Shown one piece after another: positions 61,943 through 64,000 of a stretch of DNA of 64,000 bases. The translations under genes were made by a program, and so were the position numbers. This DNA comes from an uncultured bacterium (GTDB lineage: Bacteria > Patescibacteriota > Minisyncoccia > Phycocordibacterales > GWA1-40-21): the NCBI GenBank assembly GCA_963804975.1, contig CAWDSG010000002.1:133288-197287 (forward strand). The letters are read 5' to 3'. Numbering within the stretch: the stretch's first letter is position 1; every line of letters begins with the position of its first letter. The notes beneath the pieces were generated by a model. That model was not told where the DNA came from and did not search any database. It saw only the letters and a program-made list of their open reading frames with translations.

Positions 61943-62779
61943 TTATTTTTGATAATATTCAATATTATATCTGCACTTGAATTTGTGCTTAAAAACTTTT
62001 CCGCAATAAATAATGAAGAGATATATTCTTTTCCAGATCGGGAAATTCTTGTTTTTGTAAAGCTCTTTTACGTATTTTATGCTTTTTTCCACGTCGTCGT
62101 TTATGTTGTTTTTTCTTTTTGTAAACATTCCAAATCTGTTATTTTCATGCTGCCTGTAATCCTGCAGGATATTTTTTATACGCACGCCTTTGTCCGGGTA
62201 AAGCACAAGCTGCATATACGAATCATGGCCTGGGGCATATTCGCTGATAGGCCAAAATTTTTTCAGAGATTTCGCGCGGTACGATGTTGCGCATCCTATT
62301 ATGCATCTTCCGCCGGTGCGATAAAACAAACCCTTGACGTTGTAATAATTTTTATCGGCATCCGTCATAAGACCGATATTTTTTCCTTGATCGTCTATCA
62401 ATCTTACTTCATTGTATGCCCATTTTGCATTTTTATTTTCGTAAACTTTCATATGCCGTTCAATTTTATCCGCATACCAGATATCGTCCTGATCGCATAA
62501 AAAAATAATCTCTCCTTTGCACATCAAAATAGCTCTTTCAAAATTTTTAATATATCCCATTGTTGAGGAATTTTTAGAAAAAATAATCCTGCCGTCTTTC
62601 TTGGAATATTCCTCAATAATAGATATTGTTTTGTCAGTGCTAGCGTCATCGCTTATGGCGATTTCAAAATTCTGATAGGTTTGATTCAGTATCGAATCCA
62701 ATTGCTCGCGCAAGAATCTTTCTCCGTTATAAGTGGCCATTGCAACAGAAACAAAAGGATTTTTATTATGATTTTTCAT
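61943..62779 (-). CDS. glycosyltransferase family 2
   Basis: VSVAMATYNGERFLREQLDSILNQTY...ISDDASTDKT. Confidence 0.75.
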   Translation of the reverse strand: MKNHNKNPFVSVAMATYNGERFLREQLDSILNQTYQNFEIAISDDASTDKTISIIEEYSKKDGRIIFSKNSSTMGYIKNFERAILMCKGEIIFLCDQDDIWYADKIERHMKVYENKNAKWAYNEVRLIDDQGKNIGLMTDADKNYYNVKGLFYRTGGRCIIGCATSYRAKSLKKFWPISEYAPGHDSYMQLVLYPDKGVRIKNILQDYRQHENNRFGMFTKRKNNINDDVEKSIKYVKELYKNKNFPIWKRIYLFIIYCGKVFKHKFKCRYNIEYYQK

Positions 62780-62899
62780 ATTTTTTCATAATATCATTTT
62801 AAACCGGGAAATAAAACTTGATTTGTTCGGCCTATATTGACTGTTATTTTATATGCTATAATGGCGGGTATTAAAAACATTATAAAATAAATCATAAAC

Positions 62900-64000
62900 A
62901 TGAAAAATCTTTTCAGATATCTAATCTATATCGGTTTGTGGTCACTGCTTCTTATTCCGTTTTTTGTAGCGAACAAGATGTTTTTCCCGTACATTTCCGG
63001 CAAAAATTTCGCTTTCAGGATAATCATTGAAATTATTTTTGCGCTCTGGGTTTATCTGGCCTATGCGGATGAAAAATACAGGCCTAAACTCTCATGGCTT
63101 TTCAAGGCAATCGGACTTTTCGTACTCATTATGCTGATTGCCGACATTTTTGCGGTCAATCCGATGAAAGCGCTGTGGAGCAATTACGAAAGGATGGACG
63201 GCTGGATCACGCTTATCCATATGTTCATGTATTTCCTGGTATTCGCCTCAATGATGAAGACGGAAAAGATTTGGCTGTGGTTTTTCAGATCATCCCTGAT
63301 TGCATCGGCGATTATGTTTATCATTGCCGTTCAGGAATATACCTCCGGCGGCAGCGTTGCCGCAATGACGACGCTTGGCAATACGATATATGTGGCGGTA
63401 TATTTCCTTTTCAATTTCTTTTTTGCGCTAATCCTGCTTTATAAGGATGTAATTGTAAAATCCGCCGGCACGCTGAAGTCAATATTAATAAATTGGTTCA
63501 CTTACATCTACTTGGCTGCGGCGATTTTCTGCGCGTACGGAATCTGGATAACAGGCACAAGAGGAGCAATTCTCGGCCTTATCGGCGGTCTTGTAATGAC
63601 GGCGCTTATAGTTATATTTTTGGAGAAAGAAAATAAATTGGTAAAAAAGTTTTCTATAAGCTTGCTTATTCTGATAGCTATTATTGTCGGAGGATTTTTT
63701 GCCATGAAAAATACAAAATTTGTCCAACAGAATCCCGTTCTTCATAGTTTTGCCGTCATATCATGGAACAGCATTCAAGGACAAGGGCAGGCGAGGCAAC
63801 TTATCTGGCCTCTTGCTATCAAAGGGTTTCTTGAAAAGCCGATACTCGGTTGGGGACAGGAAGGATTTAATTACGTTTTCAACAAATATTATGATCCGAG
63901 ATTATACTCTCAGGAGCAATGGTTTGATCGATCTCACGATGAGCCACTTGACATGCTTGTTGCCGGCGGAGCATTGGGGCTTCTCTCTTATTTTTTGATT
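62900..64000 (+). CDS. O-antigen ligase / Wzy_C-domain membrane protein (partial, continues beyond the window)
   Basis: Continuous frame from ATG 62900, translated by hand (absent from the track because no stop is reached). Multi-TM. ...WFDRSHDEPLDMLVAGGALGLLSY resembles the Wzy_C motif. Confidence 0.5.
   Translation, partial: MKNLFRYLIYIGLWSLLLIPFFVANKMFFPYISGKNFAFRIIIEIIFALWVYLAYADEKYRPKLSWLFKAIGLFVLIMLIADIFAVNPMKALWSNYERMDGWITLIHMFMYFLVFASMMKTEKIWLWFFRSSLIASAIMFIIAVQEYTSGGSVAAMTTLGNTIYVAVYFLFNFFFALILLYKDVIVKSAGTLKSILINWFTYIYLAAAIFCAYGIWITGTRGAILGLIGGLVMTALIVIFLEKENKLVKKFSISLLILIAIIVGGFFAMKNTKFVQQNPVLHSFAVISWNSIQGQGQARQLIWPLAIKGFLEKPILGWGQEGFNYVFNKYYDPRLYSQEQWFDRSHDEPLDMLVAGGALGLLSYFLI

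Overview
AT-rich, Lys-rich, gene-dense bacterial window. Almost no gene has a Shine-Dalgarno sequence, L30 is missing from the ribosomal cluster, the rRNA genes carry introns and expansion segments, and many proteins are small. Taken together this looks like a Patescibacteria/CPR-type genome, but that is an inference from the sequence alone.

Layout, 5'->3':
- 1-6190: the 5' end of an FtsK-like gene on the minus strand, a wHTH gene with a palindromic promoter-operator, and a 1196-aa secreted S/T-rich surface protein with a peptidoglycan-binding domain.
- 6204-7027: an IS200/IS605-type element with a Y1 HUH transposase and three copies of a 35-bp hairpin repeat, one of them in-frame inside tnpA.
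- 7062-8588: a secreted lamin-tail/PKD protein.
- 8927-18434: a fragmented S10-spc ribosomal cluster (rpsS, rplV, rpsC, rplP, rpmC, rpsQ, rplN, rplX, rplE, rpsN, rpsH, rplF, rplR, rpsE, rplO, secY, adk, map). Three copies of a 110-170-bp ERIC/MITE-like imperfect-palindrome element interrupt it, and a fourth copy sits before ndk. Each copy ends exactly at the ATG of the next gene.
- 18585-21125: a complete diversity-generating retroelement (DGR): target gene with a C-terminal VR, a GC hairpin, a TR whose 16 differences from the VR are all at TR adenines, a divergently oriented avd, and an RT carrying the LGxxxSQ and YADD motifs.
- 21140-24633: a large TraD/VirD4-like P-loop ATPase and ndk.
- 25130-29800: 23S rRNA with two group I introns (one encoding a LAGLIDADG endonuclease) and expansion segments, then 5S rRNA. 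Copies of the 5S 3' end flank a 745-bp insert.
- 30053-39787: hypothetical genes, ftsW/rodA, a pilin, a GT4, a sugar transferase, secDF, and a mazEF + DUF2283(pseudo) cassette inserted at the 3' end of secF between 36-bp direct repeats.
- 40960-43304: an unlinked 16S rRNA with its own promoter. Its 3' end lacks the CCUCC anti-SD. It is followed by tRNA-Ile(GAU) and tRNA-Leu(CAG); the 3' end of tRNA-Leu is duplicated 125 bp downstream.
- 43892-47793: aroB-like, rsmI, and a second TraD/VirD4-like ATPase paralogue.
- 47935-64000: a ~15-kb surface-glycan locus (GT2 x3, GT11 and GT10 fucosyltransferases, GT-D, GT1-type glycosyltransferase, acyltransferase-3, four methyltransferases, two epimerases including a GDP-mannose-3,5-epimerase-like gene, a Wzx flippase, and a partial Wzy/O-antigen-ligase-like gene).

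No CRISPR array was seen.
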